DNA of 64,000 bases from Burkholderiales bacterium (GTDB taxonomy: Bacteria; Pseudomonadota; Gammaproteobacteria; Burkholderiales; JAEUOS01). Position 1 is the stretch's first letter. Each line of letters starts with the position of its first letter. Position numbers and translations under genes: made by a program. The notes under the pieces were generated by a model. It made no database searches and was not told where the DNA came from. It saw only the letters and a list, made by a program, of their open reading frames with translations. This document shows positions 62,009-64,000 of this stretch, piece by piece. The stretch lies in contig CANJDH010000012.1 of NCBI GenBank assembly GCA_947473125.1, positions 1,131 through 65,130 on the forward strand. Direction: 5' to 3'.

Positions 62009-63244
62009 TTACAAAATTCCCTGGCTCTTGAGGCCATCAATTTCGGCGTCAGAATACCCGAGTTGCGCCAACACCTCGCGGGTGTGCTGGCCCAGCATCG
62101 GCGGGGGTCTATGGTATTCCAGTTGCGTCGCCGAATACCGGATCGGATTGCGCACCATCGGCACCGAACCCGCCGCCGGATGCGGCAGGTCAAAACGCAT
62201 GGCGCGCGCCACCACCTGCTCGTTCTCGAACGTTTCCTGCAAGGTATTGATCGGCCCGCACGGCACATTGGCGGCCTCAAGCTCGGCGATCCAGGCACTC
62301 TTGGTCTTTTGCTTGACCATTGCGGCGAGCAGCGGAATCAACACGTCGCGATTGCGGATGCGCTGCGGGTTTATCGAAAATCGCGGGTCCGTCGCGAGTT
62401 GCGGCTGCCCGCCGACTGCGCAAAAACGCTGGTACTGGCCGTCGTTGCCGGCCGCGATGATGACGTGGCCGTCGGCACATTCGAACACCTGGTACGGCAC
62501 CAGGTTCTGATGGGCGTTGCCGGCACGCACCGGCGACTGCCCCGAGGTCAGGTAATTGAGGTTCATGTTGGCGAGCATCGCCACCTGCACATCAAGCAAC
62601 GCCATGTCAATGTACTGGCCTTCGCCGGTTTTGTCGCGATGCGCGATCGCGGCCAGAATCGCCACGGTCGAATACATGCCGGTCATCAGGTCGGCCACGG
62701 CCACGCCGACCTTCTGCGGCCCGCCACCGGGCAGGTCATCGCGCTCGCCGGTAATGCTCATCAGGCCGCCCAGCCCCTGGATCACATAATCGTAGCCGGG
62801 GCGCTGGGCGTACGGACCGGTCTGGCCAAAGCCTGTGATCGAGCAGTAGATCAGCTTGGGATTGACAGCCTTCAGGCCGGCGTAATCGAGGCCATATTTC
62901 TTGAGCTGCCCGACTTTGTAATTCTCGATCACGATGTCCGATTCGAGTGCCAGTTTTTTTACCACCTCTTGCCCGGCTGCAGAGGCGATGTCGAGCGTGA
63001 TCGACTTCTTGCCGCGATTCGCGCTCAGGTAATACGCGGCCTCGGTGGTGTCGTGGCCAGCAGCGTCCTTCAGGTAGGGCGGCCCCCAACTGCGCGTGTC
63101 GTCGCCGCCAGTGCCCGAGGCGTCAGCCGGTCGCTCGACCTTGACGACATCGGCGCCCAGGTCGGCCAGCTGCTGCCCGCACCAGGGGCCGGCGAGGATG
63201 CGGGAAAGATCTAGAACCTTGACGTGCGAGAGGGGACCGGGCAT
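62009..63244 (-). CDS. Family III CoA-transferase (CaiB/BaiF)
   Basis: VKVLDLSRILAGPWCGQQLADLGADVVKVE is the typical N-terminus. The ATG is 74 codons into ORF 62009..63466. Confidence 0.9.
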   Translation of the reverse strand: MPGPLSHVKVLDLSRILAGPWCGQQLADLGADVVKVERPADASGTGGDDTRSWGPPYLKDAAGHDTTEAAYYLSANRGKKSITLDIASAAGQEVVKKLALESDIVIENYKVGQLKKYGLDYAGLKAVNPKLIYCSITGFGQTGPYAQRPGYDYVIQGLGGLMSITGERDDLPGGGPQKVGVAVADLMTGMYSTVAILAAIAHRDKTGEGQYIDMALLDVQVAMLANMNLNYLTSGQSPVRAGNAHQNLVPYQVFECADGHVIIAAGNDGQYQRFCAVGGQPQLATDPRFSINPQRIRNRDVLIPLLAAMVKQKTKSAWIAELEAANVPCGPINTLQETFENEQVVARAMRFDLPHPAAGSVPMVRNPIRYSATQLEYHRPPPMLGQHTREVLAQLGYSDAEIDGLKSQGIL

Positions 63245-63367
63245 GAAAAGAGGGCTGCGCAGGGCTGCAAAGGCACTGCCAATGTGGGGAAGGCAACGGA
63301 GCCGCCATTTTAGCGCGGCTATAATTTGTTGGCCGCTTTTACCGGCTTGCCCAGAGGAAAAACTACA

Positions 63368-64000
63368 TTGACTCGCAATCTGAAAACCGCACTCTGGGTC
63401 CTTGGCATGGTGCTCGGCGCGGCATGTTCCAACGCCTCTGCAGTCATCGAGTTGCAGTTCTGGCATGCCATGCCTGGTGCCTCAGGTGAACGGCTGACCG
63501 ACCTCGCAAACCGCTTCAACGCGCAGCAACAAGCCTACAAGGTCGTGCCGGTCTTCAAAGGCACTTATGACGCCACCTTTGCTGCGGGCATGGCCGCTTG
63601 GGACGCCAGGAAGGCGCCCCATATCCTGCAGGTATACGACGGCGGCAGCGCCGCCATGATGGCCTCGAAAGGGACGATCAAGCCGTTCCATGAGGTTATG
63701 CGCCAGGCCAACCAGAAGTGGGATCCGACCCCATTCATACCGGCAATCGCCGGTTACTACAGCGACCGCCACGGCAAGATGCTGTCGTTTCCGTTCAATG
63801 CCTCGACACCGATGCTGTTCTACAACAAGGACGTATTCAAGAAGGCCGGCATTACCGCGGCGCCGCGAACCTGGCGCGAGGTTCAAGAAGCGGCCATCAA
63901 GTCGAAGGCTGCCGGCAGCGATTGCGGCTTTACCACGGGGTGGCAATCATGGGTCCAGCTTGAAAGCATGAGCGCATGGCACAACTCCGAATTCGCGACG
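63368..64000 (+). CDS. ABC transporter substrate-binding protein (UgpB / family-1 sugar-type), 3' end outside window
   Basis: Not in the ORF track because it runs off the window. The frame is open from the TTG at 63368, which has GAGGA 9 nt upstream. It encodes a signal peptide (MTRNLKTALWVLGMVLGAACS), then VIELQFWHAMPG...YKVVPVFKGTYD...FNASTPMLFYNKDVFKKAG. Confidence 0.8.
   Translation, partial: MTRNLKTALWVLGMVLGAACSNASAVIELQFWHAMPGASGERLTDLANRFNAQQQAYKVVPVFKGTYDATFAAGMAAWDARKAPHILQVYDGGSAAMMASKGTIKPFHEVMRQANQKWDPTPFIPAIAGYYSDRHGKMLSFPFNASTPMLFYNKDVFKKAGITAAPRTWREVQEAAIKSKAAGSDCGFTTGWQSWVQLESMSAWHNSEFAT

Overview
Gene-dense, high-GC chromosomal segment that reads like a Burkholderiales-type betaproteobacterium. 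Supporting signs are Bug-family solute receptors, paaABCDE with a TetR regulator, rsmB-fmt-def facing lysM-dprA-smg-topB, and an NtrY-like kinase next to DUF4390. I call 60 CDS (2 truncated by the window edges), 3 intrinsic terminators, 1 tandem repeat array and a few candidate operator/promoter sites. I saw no rRNA, tRNA, CRISPR array, transposase or integrase. Blocks in order: (1) 1-2439, arsenic-type cluster (ArsI/CadI-like, arsC, MIP channel, exported methyltransferase). (2) 2450-8817, ArsR-family regulator divergent from a six-gene operon MFP-RND-DUF2892-trxC-DUF302-OsmC. (3) Tartrate dehydrogenase and an MBL hydrolase. (4) 11058-15735, TetR plus paaE-D-C-B-ABM-paaA. (5) Fused betaine-type ABC SBP/permease, M48 peptidase, ampG, metH, TVP38/DedA. 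(6) 24385-31998, Type I R-M island hsdR-hsdS-[two unknown genes]-hsdM. (7) 32059-40902, hexuronate locus with TRAP transporter and GntR regulator. (8) Rhodanese, MFS, DUF3567-like, short NtrX-like RR, NtrY-like HK, DUF4390, rsmB, fmt, def. (9) lysM, dprA, smg, topB. (10) Bug SBPs, two alpha/beta hydrolases, lipoprotein, MFS, CoA-transferase, and the start of a UgpB-like SBP. The best candidate for something new is the two-gene cassette at 26062-27606. I cannot assign it to any family; it sits inside the Type I R-M operon and is followed by four ~22-bp tandem repeats (25963-26042) in front of hsdM. All functional calls come from reading the translated ORFs for family-diagnostic motifs. No database search was possible, so family names are recognition-level calls and start codons are best guesses.
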